DNA of 64,000 nt from a virus. Location: positions 1 through 64,000 of IMG/VR virus record IMGVR_UViG_3300046787_000438; one strand, 5' to 3'. The notes beneath the pieces were generated by a model, which was not told the DNA's origin, did not search any database, and was given only the letters and a program-made list of their open reading frames with translations. Below are positions 26,250 through 37,597 of this stretch, piece by piece (position 1 is the first letter of the stretch; every line of letters starts with the position of its first letter). Made by a program: the position numbers and the translations under genes.

Positions 26250-28931
26250 TTAAAAAGACATGTTAGAGAATCTTGCAGACGTTGCAAAGTCTGGTTGGGT
26301 CATCTGAGTTACCTCGTGTGGAGCTAGAGTGATTCCAGTTAGAATCGCTCTATTTCCTGCCCCTAGAACTTCTAGACCTCTATCAGAAAGCTTTCTATGG
26401 AAGGCAATCTGACTTAAGCCCTTTTCCCCCCTAGAGTCACTCCAGCCCTTGTAGCGACGATATAGATCGTTCATCTTCATATCACTCGTTGGGCTAGCTA
26501 TAGTCTCTTCCTCTAAGAAAGATCCAATTCTGTCTTCATTACGTCGATAGATCTCATGCGCATCACGTACCACGGTACACATCTCGAGCGGGTTATCCTG
26601 GCTAGATGATAGGTACTTAACTGCCCCCTCAACGATCCACGCTAGGACTGCTGGCAATGCACCCTCTGGGTCCGCCAGATACTTCTTAAGACTAGGGTCT
26701 GGCCTAGATGGCTTGTTGGTTAGAGGGATAGGCAGCAATCGACGCCACATTGCCTCATCAGTGATGATAGGTCTGTGGTTCGTAGACACCCAGAGCTTCC
26801 CAGTAGATGTGAACTGGATAGGCTTCTCTCCTGGAGAGCGACCCTGAATAGTTCCAGAACCAGTGAGCTTCTTTACCTGGTTTTCCTTGATGCGTTCCGA
26901 CTCAGGCAACTCATCTACCCAAATCATACGGCGTCCACGTAGCTCGGCCATGTGGTATTCATCTGATGTACTGACTCTATCACCTAGTGCTAGGACGTTC
27001 GAATCTAGTGCCCAGGCATGCTGCGCTTTACCTAGAGCTTCGAAAATGGTTTCGATAAATGTGTTTTTACCAGACCCTGGAGGACCGTAAATTAGGAAGA
27101 TTGCATCTTGATTGTTTAGACCAGTTGCCGTGTATCCCACAGCTTTTTGTAGCCAATCTAGATACTCTCGATCCCCGTTCACTGCTTCTAACAGGAACGT
27201 TTCCCATCTGGTGTCCCGAATACCTTGGGTATATGCAATAGGCGAGATTCTAGTGATGTGAGATTCAATGTCTCCCTGTGTTAGCTTGCCAGTCTTTAGA
27301 TCAACAACACCATTCTTAACGCCCAGTAGGTAAGCATTCTTATCCCAGTCTTCGACTTCTACTTGGATTCGTGCATCTGACTGAGCCTGCTCCAGCATCG
27401 CATTGATTCGCCCATTTGACTTAGCCTGATTTGCCCACTTGACTATCTCTGGACCTCTAGGGTCATCGAGTGACTGAAGCATCGCTGCTTCACGGGCAAT
27501 AACGGTAGATACTGACTTACATAGTTCTTTTATATCTGCGGATTCTCGGTCTGGACGCCAGTAGTTACCACTCCACACAAACCAGCCAACATTTGAGGTA
27601 TACCTAATACTTGACCCAAAGGCATCAATGAGGCGACGCCCATTACCAACATCTGTCAAACTTCTAGCCCCTGCTCGGCCGCCAGCCGCCTCGCTAATAG
27701 CATCTACGTCTTTAGGGAGATCTAGATTACCTCCGAGGGTAATGTCCTGAATAGACTTACCCCTAGAGGCTAGAACTGCTACTTGATTACCTACAGCATT
27801 ACTGATATCAGTAATAGGGACGTCTACATCGATTCGATCGGCAGCACCACTGTAGTTGAAAGAACTAGAGACATCGGGTGCCTTGATGAACTGAGCCTCG
27901 GCATTCTTTGCCCACTCCATGGCATTTTCTGGCACATACTCCTTCAGACCTTCCCACCACTTGTCCCAAATTGGGTTATTAGCTACAAAGTCAATAGCAC
28001 GACGAGTGTGCATAAGAATTGAATTAGGGCCTTCAATCTCCATTGGAGGTCGCACCATCTCGGCATTAAACTTGAGCATCATTGCTTCTACAGCGGTTCT
28101 ACCAGATAGATCTGTACCGTGCTTATTAGCTAATGCACATGCCAGCTGATATAGACCTACGGCTCGTCCGCCCTCTTCAATACCCTCCTCGAGGATGTTG
28201 TCGATGTCGAGCTTACCCTTATCACCAAAATTTAGTTCCCGCAGGAAGTCCCAGTCGCTAGTTGCATACCCTGTACCAGAGCTGCCAGCAGATCGCTTAA
28301 GAGTCTTTGATCTAATTACATTTAGAAGTTCTTCAGGAGCTTCGGCAATCTCCATATTCCACGGCTCGTGTCCGTCTTTCCACTCATAACAGTGACCAGA
28401 GAAGTGTCTAGATGGAGCGATAAGAATATAGCCATTGTGTTTGACGTCAATACCAGGCAAACCTTCTTTATTGAAGTTTGCAATAAATTTCTCGTCTGGC
28501 GAACAGCGGTATAGGAGGTGGCGTCCGCGCTTCGGACCACCATCCGTATTGTACTCTCCAGTTATTGCTTCAACGGTTGGAGGAAGCTCTCCTAGAGCAC
28601 GCTCCTCGAGCTTGAGGATCGACTTATCTCCACCATTACGCGGATCAATATCTATTACAAAAAATCCAGAAGGTTTAGCAAAAACACCAATGTTATAGTG
28701 GGGGTTCTCTGCCCACCATGTTTCTATGGTGCCTACGTCAGTAGTCGCGTCTTTCTGCCCCTGAGCAGATGCTGGGTGTTTACCCTTTTCTTTAGGATCT
28801 AGGTGCTCTCTACCGCAGGTGCACATCCCAGTGCGATCGATACCATGAACTGGTAATACATGCCATCCGTTGTTAGCGTACCAAGTAGCGCCAGGCAATA
28901 GTCTGCCATCGGCGTCTCCCCACCCAGCCAC
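26250..28931 (-). CDS. Bifunctional primase-polymerase fused to a D5/P4-type SF3 helicase
   Basis: N-terminal Prim-Pol (GKHP, NIG, IDIDPRNGG, GRHL); Walker A GPPGSGKNT; STNHRP, WRRL. Confidence 0.93.
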   Translation of the reverse strand: MAGWGDADGRLLPGATWYANNGWHVLPVHGIDRTGMCTCGREHLDPKEKGKHPASAQGQKDATTDVGTIETWWAENPHYNIGVFAKPSGFFVIDIDPRNGGDKSILKLEERALGELPPTVEAITGEYNTDGGPKRGRHLLYRCSPDEKFIANFNKEGLPGIDVKHNGYILIAPSRHFSGHCYEWKDGHEPWNMEIAEAPEELLNVIRSKTLKRSAGSSGTGYATSDWDFLRELNFGDKGKLDIDNILEEGIEEGGRAVGLYQLACALANKHGTDLSGRTAVEAMMLKFNAEMVRPPMEIEGPNSILMHTRRAIDFVANNPIWDKWWEGLKEYVPENAMEWAKNAEAQFIKAPDVSSSFNYSGAADRIDVDVPITDISNAVGNQVAVLASRGKSIQDITLGGNLDLPKDVDAISEAAGGRAGARSLTDVGNGRRLIDAFGSSIRYTSNVGWFVWSGNYWRPDRESADIKELCKSVSTVIAREAAMLQSLDDPRGPEIVKWANQAKSNGRINAMLEQAQSDARIQVEVEDWDKNAYLLGVKNGVVDLKTGKLTQGDIESHITRISPIAYTQGIRDTRWETFLLEAVNGDREYLDWLQKAVGYTATGLNNQDAIFLIYGPPGSGKNTFIETIFEALGKAQHAWALDSNVLALGDRVSTSDEYHMAELRGRRMIWVDELPESERIKENQVKKLTGSGTIQGRSPGEKPIQFTSTGKLWVSTNHRPIITDEAMWRRLLPIPLTNKPSRPDPSLKKYLADPEGALPAVLAWIVEGAVKYLSSSQDNPLEMCTVVRDAHEIYRRNEDRIGSFLEEETIASPTSDMKMNDLYRRYKGWSDSRGEKGLSQIAFHRKLSDRGLEVLGAGNRAILTGITLAPHEVTQMTQPDFATSARFSNMSF

Positions 28932-29102
28932 TAGGTAGTCACCTCAAAAAAATGTGTGTGCATAATTTCACTTTCCAAAATCTAAATTCAGCATACACCT
29001 TACGTCTACGTTTGCAAATCGAAACGCGAAAGATGTTGAAAAAAATTTGGGAAGGTGACCGACTTAACGGCTAGACCCACCAAATCGAGAAGCCCGAAAT
29101 GG

Positions 29103-29111
29103 GGTAAAATA
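29103..29111 (+). promoter_or_regulatory. GGTAAAATA promoter motif
   Basis: Intergenic, about 45 nt upstream of ORF 29157. Confidence 0.5.
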
Positions 29112-29156
29112 GGATGATACGGACCTAACCGCTCTCTCCTGTAGGAACAATTATAC

Positions 29157-29510
29157 ATGACTAACGATCTATTATTGGCCATTGCTGCAAGCATCTCGGC
29201 TTTCGGCGTTCTCATAGGTGGCACAATTGCGATCTACAGGGTTGCAAAACGAATTAGCGATGCATTAGGTTTAGATCGCGATGGTCGAACATTGTCCGAT
29301 CGAATGGAGCGAGTAGAGCATCAGCTCTGGGAGAATGGCGGAAGCTCTTTAGCTGATCGTGTCAACAATATCGAAAGACATATTGTTAAGGTATCCACTG
29401 AGATTGAATTTATTAAAGATCTAACACTCGGATTACACAATGCGCAGACTGAGCCATTAGAAACGGTCCAGCCACTAATAAAGCCAGCAAAGAAGCGTAA
29501 CGTAAACTAA
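29157..29510 (+). CDS. Membrane protein with an N-terminal TM helix and coiled coil (NGGSSL.D motif)
   Basis: Hydrophobic N-terminus; ENGGSSLADRV resembles actinophage holin-associated proteins. Confidence 0.6.
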   Translation: MTNDLLLAIAASISAFGVLIGGTIAIYRVAKRISDALGLDRDGRTLSDRMERVEHQLWENGGSSLADRVNNIERHIVKVSTEIEFIKDLTLGLHNAQTEPLETVQPLIKPAKKRNVN

Positions 29511-29762
29511 CTATTCTACGCCTGGTATTGCTGGTGGTGCCACAGCTACTGGGCGAGGAATCACGGGGGTAGTTGGCGAGGGCCCAGCTAGGTCTGCTGT
29601 AAGGTCTTCTATACTTAGTATCTGCTGCTCAGCCCAGGCTGAAGCCTCCGCTGAGTCAGACCACGGTGTCCCATCTGGCCATGTAGGCTGATATATCACT
29701 TCCGCGTTACCTACATCAAAAATTCTTACTTCGTGGGTTCCTGATTCGATTTCGTATCTCAT
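29511..29762 (-). CDS. Small hypothetical protein, possible fibre chaperone/cap
   Basis: 83 aa directly downstream of the large fibre gene; QPTWPDGTPW motif. Confidence 0.6.
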   Translation of the reverse strand: MRYEIESGTHEVRIFDVGNAEVIYQPTWPDGTPWSDSAEASAWAEQQILSIEDLTADLAGPSPTTPVIPRPVAVAPPAIPGVE

Positions 29763-29769
29763 CGTATTC

Positions 29770-32700
29770 CTATCCTATGTTTACAGAGCCGATACTTGCA
29801 GAAGTGTACGATCTCTCTGGTCTAGCCGTTACGGTGGAGAACTCATTTACTCCATTGCTACCGACCACCAATGGGTATCCACCATTAGCAAGTCCTAGAA
29901 TTTTAAGATCCCATGTGATGCCGTCATATGATACTGCAGCTATATTTGTATCATCACCGTTGTAACTGGCATGTCCTACAATGATATATGAATTTCCAGA
30001 ATAGATTCCCTTGACCCATACAGGGGAGGTTACAGATGCAAATCTTATTTTCGCTGGTGCCTCTATCCAAGTAGCGCCATCAGTCGAGTATAAAGATGTA
30101 ATACTATCTTGACTAAATAGTACGTAATTTTTACCGCTGTTTCCACCGAATACCTGGGTCCAGGTCGCAGCTATGGGAAGGGTTGTAGACGTCCACGAAG
30201 ATCCATCGTTGGAGTAGTACAGTGAGCTAGTTCCGCTGTTAATCAGGTAAAATTTTCCATTTGCTGTTGTAATAGCTACAGAAGGGCTAGCTGGCAGAGC
30301 TACTGCAGACCACGAGGAGATGTTTGTCGCCTTTGCAGCGGCTGTAGTCCCCACTGCGCTGACTACATAGATGCTGGATTCCGAGTCGTAACAAATTTCC
30401 GACCATGCCTGAGACGACGGCAGTGTGGCAGTACTCCAAGTAGGTGTAGTAGGCACACTATACGCCACGGTAGCTGTGTTTTTTGCAATTACGGCATAAC
30501 TCTTTGTAGTTGGATTATATGCTCCAGGAATCCAAATTTGAGAACTTGGCATTGTTTGCCTACTCCAGTTAAACCCGTCTCTAGAGATATAAATATAAGA
30601 AGATGCCGAACCAGAGGCTCCAATGAACCGTCCGTTAGAGTACGTTATGAGTCCACCAGAGTAAGAACTAGGTACATGCAAACTTGACCATGTAGCGCCT
30701 TGGTCTGAGCTCTCTACTAGAGTGCTAGCATATCCAGCAAGAAGAATCTTACCAGATGGCATAGTGTCCCCCGATGACGGCTTAAGGGTGTGGTAAAATC
30801 TACCAGCCACGGGAAGAGTGCCATAGCTCCAAGAAGTTCCGTTAGTAGATATGGCAACCGCATTGGTCTCCGTGCTAGCAAGAATAAATCTACCGTTAGC
30901 GTAGGACACTGTAATTCCATTAGTGTCGGGCCAAGATATTGTAGATTCAGTCCAACTAGTCCCGTTAGATGACACGGCTACCTTACCGCCTGCAGCAGTC
31001 ATGACATATATTCCGCCACCGTATGCAATACTTAGGTAGCTATTCGAGAGGTTAGTTCTAGTCCATGTAACTGCATCAGCCGAAGTATATACGCAGGCGT
31101 CATACATAATGGGAGCTACAAATTTAGATCCATCCCAGATAGCATTCATCGGCCCGCTATTAGAGCTCATACTCGGATACTCTCTACGAGTCCAAGTTGT
31201 GCCGTCATCAGATGTGTAGTAGAACGTATAATTTCCAAAGTAGCTGTATGTATAGAATCTAGTTCCATTGTGCAATATCCCCTGTGCATTCCAGGTATCT
31301 CCGTTAGGTAGCGCTGTTGCAAAAGCCCTCTGAGTCCAGCTACCAGTTCCGCTTGATGACGTGTACGCGTAGTTTCCATATCCTACTGCAACATATACCC
31401 CGCTCTTATATGCGAAATACTTCAACTCAGCGGCTGGCATAGTTATGCTAGCCCAAGTCACGCCCGCATCATCGGAGTAGTGAGCAGCAGTGGTCGAAGT
31501 GGACACATATAATCTAGACCCAGCCACGCTTAGACCGTAAAATACTGACTGCCCTGAAACGTCTAGCTGAGTCCAAGACTGCGCATTAGACGAATAGCCC
31601 CATACGGTAGTGTAGAGGGACCCAAAAATGAAATTACCATTACCGTATGCGTAGGCTGAGTATATTGTAGAAGCGCCAATCCCAGATGGAGCGGTTCGGC
31701 TAGTCCAAGTTACAGCATCAGATGATGTATAAGACGCAGTGCCGTCAAAATTAATAATGGAGTATACCCCCCCACCATATGCTAGATTGTACCAGCTACT
31801 TGAGACTGGAAGCGTTCTAGAAGTCCAAGTTGTACCATCCGTAGATGTGTGGTACGTACTAGTAGATTGTCCTACAGAAATGTATATTCCATTTAGATAC
31901 TTGACAGCTGCATCGCTTCGTATACCAGTAACCGTGATATTGCTCCATGTGACACCATCAGTCGATCTTTCTACCTTATTGCTAGAAATAATAGTGAACG
32001 TAGTTCCGTCACTGACAACTTTCTCTTTAGTTGATCCAGACGCTAGAGGTGCACTAGCGGACCAAAATCTTCCAGTTGTTGATATAAATACAGCTCCATT
32101 TCCAGCTACTGCAAGGAATTTACCGCTAGCAAATGCAATGCTATACACATAGTCAGAACCAGTACCTGGATGAGGTATAAACTCCCATGAGACGGCATCG
32201 GCAGAGAACCAGAACCCATTAGTGTACGTAGTTATTACAAAACCAACTCCAGCACCATATGCTATAGAGGTCGGTGCTCCAGAGCCCCCTGTTAGGGCTG
32301 TATATGTCCAGTTAACTCCATCTTCAGATCTGTACACGCCCGTGAACTGGCCAGTATTTGCTCCAATAAACCCGTACCCAGGGAAGTACTCTAAGACTCG
32401 CAAATTCACCTGCGACTGGTTTGGTAAATAGTTTCTAGAAGCCTGAGCAGTCCAGGTCTCACCAGGGATAGTCACTGTACCGCCACCAGTATTTAGGGCA
32501 GTGGTGGTTGCGTTCTGTATAGATACATTACCAACAAAGCTGTCTATAGATACGAAACCATCAATGCTATCTGATAAGGTAACTCTGGTTCTATAGAATT
32601 CAGTGACATACGGCACGTCAACTAGAGGATATAAGCTAGGAACTCCGTTAGCATAAGAGACTAGTCTTAGCTTACCGTACCCCTCGAAGGAGACTATATA

Positions 32701-34422
32701 GTCGCCAGCAGCATACTCTGCAGCGATCGCTGAGTTATTTCCGTCTACAAGATATAGGTCTTCCTCCACGCCAGTACCAGCTGGGCCAGTATTTCCTGTC
32801 GCTCCTGTTGCCCCCGTTGGGCCTTGAATTGATCCGATCTCTATGTATGCGTTCGCCCCTGGGGTCCACATATATAAGATACCAGCTACTAGATATGCCC
32901 TACCTAATACGCCAGAAGGATCCGCTGCCACAAACTCTTCGTACGACGAGTAGCTACCCGCTAACGTCAGTGGAGCCCCCGTCTCCCCCTGAGGACCTGT
33001 GTCGCCTGTTGCCCCTGTAGCTCCTGTATCTCCAGCAGGTCCAGTTTCACCAGTAGGACCTGTGTCGCCTGTTGCTCCCTGAGGACCTGTGTCGCCTGTT
33101 GCTCCCTGAGGACCTGTGTCGCCTGTTGCTCCTGTAGCTCCAGATGCTCCCGTAGGGCCCTGAATAGATCCTAAGTCTACATATTGCTGGAATGAGTCAT
33201 CCCAGAAAAAAAGATGGCCACCGACAATATACGCTGTACCCAGTTCGCCAGACGTGATCTGGAGGTTAAACTCTTCTTCAGTACTATAGCTTGCTACAAT
33301 CTGGAATGGTGCGCCTACGTCACCCTGAGGGCCAGTAGGGCCAGCCTCTCCCGTAGCGCCAGTAGGGCCAGTGGTTCCTTGAATACCCTGAATGCCTTGA
33401 ATACCCTGAGCACCCTGAGGGCCAGTAGGGCCAACCTCCCCCTGATCTCCTTGAATACCCTGCTCGCCAGTAGCCCCCGTAGCTCCAGTCGGACCGACTT
33501 CGCCCTGAATACCTTGAATACCGTGACCGCCAATAGGGCCAGTGGGGCCCGTCGGGCCAAGCCCACCTTGTGCCCCAGTGGGGCCAGTCTCTCCAACTAA
33601 TCCCTGGATACCTTGAGTACCTGTAGCACCCGTTGGTCCTTGTAGCTGCCCAGTATTTACCCATGTCGAAGTCTCTATAGACCACACGTATAGGTAGCCA
33701 TCACCGACCAAGTGAGCGGAACCAGCTGAACCAGTCGGATGCTCGGCAATTAAATCTTCATAGGATGTGTGCGCATCTGTAATTTGTAGTCCTATACCTT
33801 GTGCACCAGTAGGGCCAGTAGGGCCAGTACCACCTGCTGGCCCGCTATTCCCTTGCGGTCCAGTAGTTCCGATTTCACCCTGAGGTCCTGTAGGACCTAA
33901 GTCACCCTGAGCACCCTGAGGACCAGTAGGGCCAGTTGGGCCAACTTCACCCTGAGGCCCAGTTGGACCTGTTGCACCAGTAGCGCCAGTTAATCCAGTT
34001 TGACCCGTGGATCCCTGATTCCCTTGCACACCTTGTGTGCCAGTTGGGCCAACTTCACCTTGTAGGCCAGTAGATCCTGTAGGACCCTGAACTCCCTGAG
34101 GCCCCGTTGGCCCAGTTATACCTTGAATACCTTGATTTCCTTGCGCACCTGTAGCGCCAGTAGCACCAACTGCACCCTGTGAGCCAGTTGGACCAGCTAT
34201 CGTGCTCGCAGCGCCAGTCGGGCCTGTAACACCAGTAGGACCGACATGCCCTGTTGGTCCAGTTGGGCCAGCTTCTCCCTGCGGTCCCGCAGCGCCAGTT
34301 GGGCCAGCAACTGTAGTTACAGTGACTGCACGCCAAGTAGAGCCATTCCATGTCCAAGTGTATAGACCGTAGGTGAATGAATCTCCGATGGATGGATTGC
34401 TCGGGAAATCAATAGTTGGCAT
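29770..34422 (-). CDS. Collagen-like fibre protein with a C-terminal BNR/Asp-box beta-propeller region
   Basis: Long (G-X-Y)n GPT/GAT/GPQ stalk; about 20 SxDGxTW repeats in the C-terminal 900 aa. Confidence 0.9.
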   Translation of the reverse strand: MPTIDFPSNPSIGDSFTYGLYTWTWNGSTWRAVTVTTVAGPTGAAGPQGEAGPTGPTGHVGPTGVTGPTGAASTIAGPTGSQGAVGATGATGAQGNQGIQGITGPTGPQGVQGPTGSTGLQGEVGPTGTQGVQGNQGSTGQTGLTGATGATGPTGPQGEVGPTGPTGPQGAQGDLGPTGPQGEIGTTGPQGNSGPAGGTGPTGPTGAQGIGLQITDAHTSYEDLIAEHPTGSAGSAHLVGDGYLYVWSIETSTWVNTGQLQGPTGATGTQGIQGLVGETGPTGAQGGLGPTGPTGPIGGHGIQGIQGEVGPTGATGATGEQGIQGDQGEVGPTGPQGAQGIQGIQGIQGTTGPTGATGEAGPTGPQGDVGAPFQIVASYSTEEEFNLQITSGELGTAYIVGGHLFFWDDSFQQYVDLGSIQGPTGASGATGATGDTGPQGATGDTGPQGATGDTGPTGETGPAGDTGATGATGDTGPQGETGAPLTLAGSYSSYEEFVAADPSGVLGRAYLVAGILYMWTPGANAYIEIGSIQGPTGATGATGNTGPAGTGVEEDLYLVDGNNSAIAAEYAAGDYIVSFEGYGKLRLVSYANGVPSLYPLVDVPYVTEFYRTRVTLSDSIDGFVSIDSFVGNVSIQNATTTALNTGGGTVTIPGETWTAQASRNYLPNQSQVNLRVLEYFPGYGFIGANTGQFTGVYRSEDGVNWTYTALTGGSGAPTSIAYGAGVGFVITTYTNGFWFSADAVSWEFIPHPGTGSDYVYSIAFASGKFLAVAGNGAVFISTTGRFWSASAPLASGSTKEKVVSDGTTFTIISSNKVERSTDGVTWSNITVTGIRSDAAVKYLNGIYISVGQSTSTYHTSTDGTTWTSRTLPVSSSWYNLAYGGGVYSIINFDGTASYTSSDAVTWTSRTAPSGIGASTIYSAYAYGNGNFIFGSLYTTVWGYSSNAQSWTQLDVSGQSVFYGLSVAGSRLYVSTSTTAAHYSDDAGVTWASITMPAAELKYFAYKSGVYVAVGYGNYAYTSSSGTGSWTQRAFATALPNGDTWNAQGILHNGTRFYTYSYFGNYTFYYTSDDGTTWTRREYPSMSSNSGPMNAIWDGSKFVAPIMYDACVYTSADAVTWTRTNLSNSYLSIAYGGGIYVMTAAGGKVAVSSNGTSWTESTISWPDTNGITVSYANGRFILASTETNAVAISTNGTSWSYGTLPVAGRFYHTLKPSSGDTMPSGKILLAGYASTLVESSDQGATWSSLHVPSSYSGGLITYSNGRFIGASGSASSYIYISRDGFNWSRQTMPSSQIWIPGAYNPTTKSYAVIAKNTATVAYSVPTTPTWSTATLPSSQAWSEICYDSESSIYVVSAVGTTAAAKATNISSWSAVALPASPSVAITTANGKFYLINSGTSSLYYSNDGSSWTSTTLPIAATWTQVFGGNSGKNYVLFSQDSITSLYSTDGATWIEAPAKIRFASVTSPVWVKGIYSGNSYIIVGHASYNGDDTNIAAVSYDGITWDLKILGLANGGYPLVVGSNGVNEFSTVTARPERSYTSASIGSVNIG
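33902..33969. repeat. 68-bp exact direct repeat shared with 38618-38685
   Basis: Identical nucleotide string in two different collagen genes. Confidence 0.9.
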
Positions 34423-34451
34423 TAGTGTCCTTAAATGGCAGAGATCACTAC

Positions 34452-34460
34452 TATTTTACC
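34452..34460 (-). promoter_or_regulatory. GGTAAAATA promoter motif
   Basis: Reverse strand, about 30 nt upstream of the ATG at 34422. Confidence 0.5.
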
Positions 34461-34481
34461 TTAAAACAGAGCAGCCGTTAA

Positions 34482-35462
34482 TTATACGCTGTCTATCCAG
34501 GTACCACTAGCAGCATCCCAGACTTTAACTGATGACTCTTTCCAGGTGCTATCTGCTTCATTATATATATATACAATGGATTCTTGCCACGTGGATGTTG
34601 CAGAATTATATACATGCACCCTCTGACCATCGTTAGCTACCACTAATGATAGTCCCGAGGTGTAAATAGTCCCACCATCACCTGATGCGCTTAGTACAAA
34701 GTTGTATGTGCCAGCTGACCCGTCTACAGGAGTACCAGTGAGTGCACCTGACGCAGTATTAATCGATATACCTGATGGTAGCGATCCGCTATATAGTGCG
34801 TAGCTAGACACGGCTGTCGCCGAGATACCATCTGAATACGCTGTATTTTCTTTCGCGCTAGCAGATATAGAGTTATCTAGCCATGTAGGGGTAGGCGGAA
34901 AATACGGAGGGAAGAACGGTGGGAAGAACGGGAAGAAAGGAGGGAAGAAGGGAGGGAAGAACGGGAAGAAAGGAGGGAAGAATGGTGGGAAGAACGGTGG
35001 GAAGAAAGGAGGGAAGAAAGGAGGGAAGAAGGGAGGGAAGAAAGGGAATGCTGGTGGTGCGCTAAATAGAGGTATAGTCTGAGCTACTGTAGACGTACCT
35101 AGCAGACCTCCTACTCCATCTGTCGCGGTTATAGTTAAGGTCGAGCTAGCAGATCCGTATGGAATATATCTAGTAAATTGTGAGAACACGGTTTGTGGGT
35201 CGCCATTAGCAAAGTTATATGACCAGTTGGCGGAGTTAGATGCTGATGCTGTACCTGTCGAGCTGCCAGATCTTGCTCCTGGAAGGCTCCACGATCTAGT
35301 TGCTATAGAGCTATTTGGAGTTCGAATTTCTCCAGCATTACGCTGAGCATAGGCGTAGATGTCAATTTGAGTGCCATCACCGACATCGTAGGTGTAAACG
35401 TCAACATAAAGCTTTACGGTAGTTCGTAAGCTAAATGAGGCCGATTTACTGTAGTACGCCAT
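34482..35462 (-). CDS. Virion-associated protein with a poly(PPFF) tract and an Ig-like (He_PIG-type) domain
   Basis: 55-aa PPFF tract; GSLPSGISI..SG.LTGTP Ig motif; C-terminal V.V.....W repeats. Confidence 0.8.
   Translation of the reverse strand: MAYYSKSASFSLRTTVKLYVDVYTYDVGDGTQIDIYAYAQRNAGEIRTPNSSIATRSWSLPGARSGSSTGTASASNSANWSYNFANGDPQTVFSQFTRYIPYGSASSTLTITATDGVGGLLGTSTVAQTIPLFSAPPAFPFFPPFFPPFFPPFFPPFFPPFFPPFFPFFPPFFPPFFPFFPPFFPPYFPPTPTWLDNSISASAKENTAYSDGISATAVSSYALYSGSLPSGISINTASGALTGTPVDGSAGTYNFVLSASGDGGTIYTSGLSLVVANDGQRVHVYNSATSTWQESIVYIYNEADSTWKESSVKVWDAASGTWIDSV
34893..35057 (-). repeat. Coding (PPFF/PFF)n repeat, about 14 units
   Basis: 12/9-nt units with synonymous variation; purine-rich on the + strand. 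Confidence 0.95.
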
Positions 35463-35475
35463 TTAAAATCAGACC

Positions 35476-36819
35476 TTAGGGACGCTTAATTAGTATGTCA
35501 CCATCGGACATGCCAGAGACTGGAAAGGTATTTTGAACGTATACCTTGTGTGAATTTATTTTTGTTGCATTAGAGGCAGTTCCTGTCAAATCCCCGATGA
35601 AAGTAGTTGCAGTGACATTGCCAGTCAAGGTTGGGTTACTTGCAAAAGATAAAGTGCCTGAGCTCAGGACTATTGGGCTAGTGACTGAATAGGTGCCTGC
35701 AGCCCCTGTACTACCAGTATCGCCCTTTGCGCCAGTATCGCCCTTAGGGCCAGTGTCACCCTGCGGGCCAACAATTTGACCGACATTGTGCCAAGGTAGT
35801 GCACCATCCCACACATATAAATCACCATCTGCATCAACAATATAAGCATCATTGACTAAATTATTAGATGAGGGTAGTGCAGATACCGTGGAAACAGAGC
35901 CCTTAAACGATATGCTTGTACCCTGAGGTCCCATTGCGCCTGTAGGCCCCATGATGGATCCTAGGTCATCATAAATTTCAGTGACTGGATTCCAAAAATA
36001 CAAGTGACCGTCTACTATGTACGCTGATCCTGGTTCATTTGCTAAAACAGAAAGATTGAACTCACTCAGAGTTGTATACGTTTGCACTATTTGAAAAGGT
36101 GCACCATTTAGTCCATCTGCACCAGGCTGACCAGTTGCCCCCGTGTCACCCTTAACTCCCTGCAAGCCAGTCGTACCAGTATTTCCCTGGATACCTTGAG
36201 GTCCAGTATCTCCAGTATCCCCCTTGACGCCTTGAATACCCTGAGCACCCTGAGGTCCAGTATCGCCTTGAATTCCCTGTTCGCCTTGGGGGCCTGTAAT
36301 TCCTTGAATACCTTGTAGACCTCTAGGCCCAAGTTCTCCCGCAGGGCCAGTATCTCCTCTAGCTCCCTGCGGACCAGTTAAACCTAAATCTCCCTGAGGC
36401 CCAGTGGGGCCAGTAACTCCTTGAAGCCCTTGAGGACCAAACTCTCCTTGAGGTCCCACCGAGCCAGTAGGCCCAGTATCACCCTGTGGCCCTACAATCT
36501 GGCCAGCGTTATCCCAGGAAGACCCGTTCCATACGTAGAGGTCTCCATCTTGGTTATTTACATATCCATCGTTTACAGAGGCACCTAAAGGCAGCTCTGA
36601 CACATCATTTACGGTACCCTTAAAAGTTAGCCCCACCCCCTGAGGCCCTTGAGGGCCAGTTGGCCCTGTTGGTCCACTGACTAGCTCAGTGGATAGTGCC
36701 TCCCAGTAATACCCATTCCAAGTCCAAGACTGAGTACTAGTAGCAAAAGCTCCACCTTGGGATGATGCTTCAAAAATATCGCCGATCTCGGGTGAGTTTG
36801 GAAAATCTAGAATGGTCAT
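35476..36819 (-). CDS. Collagen-like fibre protein
   Basis: G-X-Y stalks interrupted by GDLYVW..G.W.N.GQIVG modules. Confidence 0.9.
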   Translation of the reverse strand: MTILDFPNSPEIGDIFEASSQGGAFATSTQSWTWNGYYWEALSTELVSGPTGPTGPQGPQGVGLTFKGTVNDVSELPLGASVNDGYVNNQDGDLYVWNGSSWDNAGQIVGPQGDTGPTGSVGPQGEFGPQGLQGVTGPTGPQGDLGLTGPQGARGDTGPAGELGPRGLQGIQGITGPQGEQGIQGDTGPQGAQGIQGVKGDTGDTGPQGIQGNTGTTGLQGVKGDTGATGQPGADGLNGAPFQIVQTYTTLSEFNLSVLANEPGSAYIVDGHLYFWNPVTEIYDDLGSIMGPTGAMGPQGTSISFKGSVSTVSALPSSNNLVNDAYIVDADGDLYVWDGALPWHNVGQIVGPQGDTGPKGDTGAKGDTGSTGAAGTYSVTSPIVLSSGTLSFASNPTLTGNVTATTFIGDLTGTASNATKINSHKVYVQNTFPVSGMSDGDILIKRP

Positions 36820-36835
36820 TATATATATTCCTAGG

Positions 36836-37597
36836 TTAAATTTCTAATGCTTTAAGTCTACTAGCCAACTGATCCAATGCTTCGAATATGGTAGTAGGCG
36901 CTGGGCTCCAGTCAGATGACTGGGTGGGAGTGTAGTTAGAGCTCCCAGCAGCTCCAGTCGGGCCAGTAGGGCCGACTTCGCCTGCAATTGTCTCTACCCA
37001 AAAGTTGTCATAGTAAATTAGTAGCTTACCCTCTAGGCTGCTGTACCAAATCATGCCGTCTAGAGCTGGGCTAGGTGCTGAGTCCGAGATTAAAAAGGTT
37101 CCTGCCTGTCCAGTTGCACCCGTAGGACCCGTAGCTCCAGTTGGTCCAATTGGACCTAGATCTCCAGTATTGCCTAGATCGCCCTTAGGCCCTGTAGGCC
37201 CCATATCTCCATCAGTACCATCAAGCCCATCGTCTCCGCGATTGCCTTTGTCGCCTTTTAAACCTTGAGGACCAGTTGCTCCCTGAATACCCTGAGATCC
37301 AATTGGACCTGTCGCTCCGACTGCACCTTGTGGCCCAGTATCTCCAGTAGCTCCTTGCGCTCCAGTAGGTCCAGTAGGGCCAACTACTCCTGTTGGACCA
37401 GTCACACCTTGGATACCTTGAATTCCTCTAGGGCCTACGGGGCCAGTATCGCCTAACCCACCCTGAGGACCAGTTGGACCTATAGATGCTGTAGATGCAA
37501 GTACACCCCAAACGGCACCATCCCATTTCCAGGTTGTTCCTCCAGCTGAGTGAGTGTCATTCACTACTGGATTATTAGGAAAATTAATTGAAGACAT
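36836..37597 (-). CDS. Collagen-like fibre protein
   Basis: G-X-Y stalk of about 135 aa; N-terminal INFP..P module. Confidence 0.9.
   Translation of the reverse strand: MSSINFPNNPVVNDTHSAGGTTWKWDGAVWGVLASTASIGPTGPQGGLGDTGPVGPRGIQGIQGVTGPTGVVGPTGPTGAQGATGDTGPQGAVGATGPIGSQGIQGATGPQGLKGDKGNRGDDGLDGTDGDMGPTGPKGDLGNTGDLGPIGPTGATGPTGATGQAGTFLISDSAPSPALDGMIWYSSLEGKLLIYYDNFWVETIAGEVGPTGPTGAAGSSNYTPTQSSDWSPAPTTIFEALDQLASRLKALEI

Noticed and set aside
34893-35057. CRISPR array or non-coding triplex/G4 element at the purine-rich repeats
   Set aside because: No spacers; the repeats lie in frame within ORFs and the purine bias follows from Pro/Phe codons
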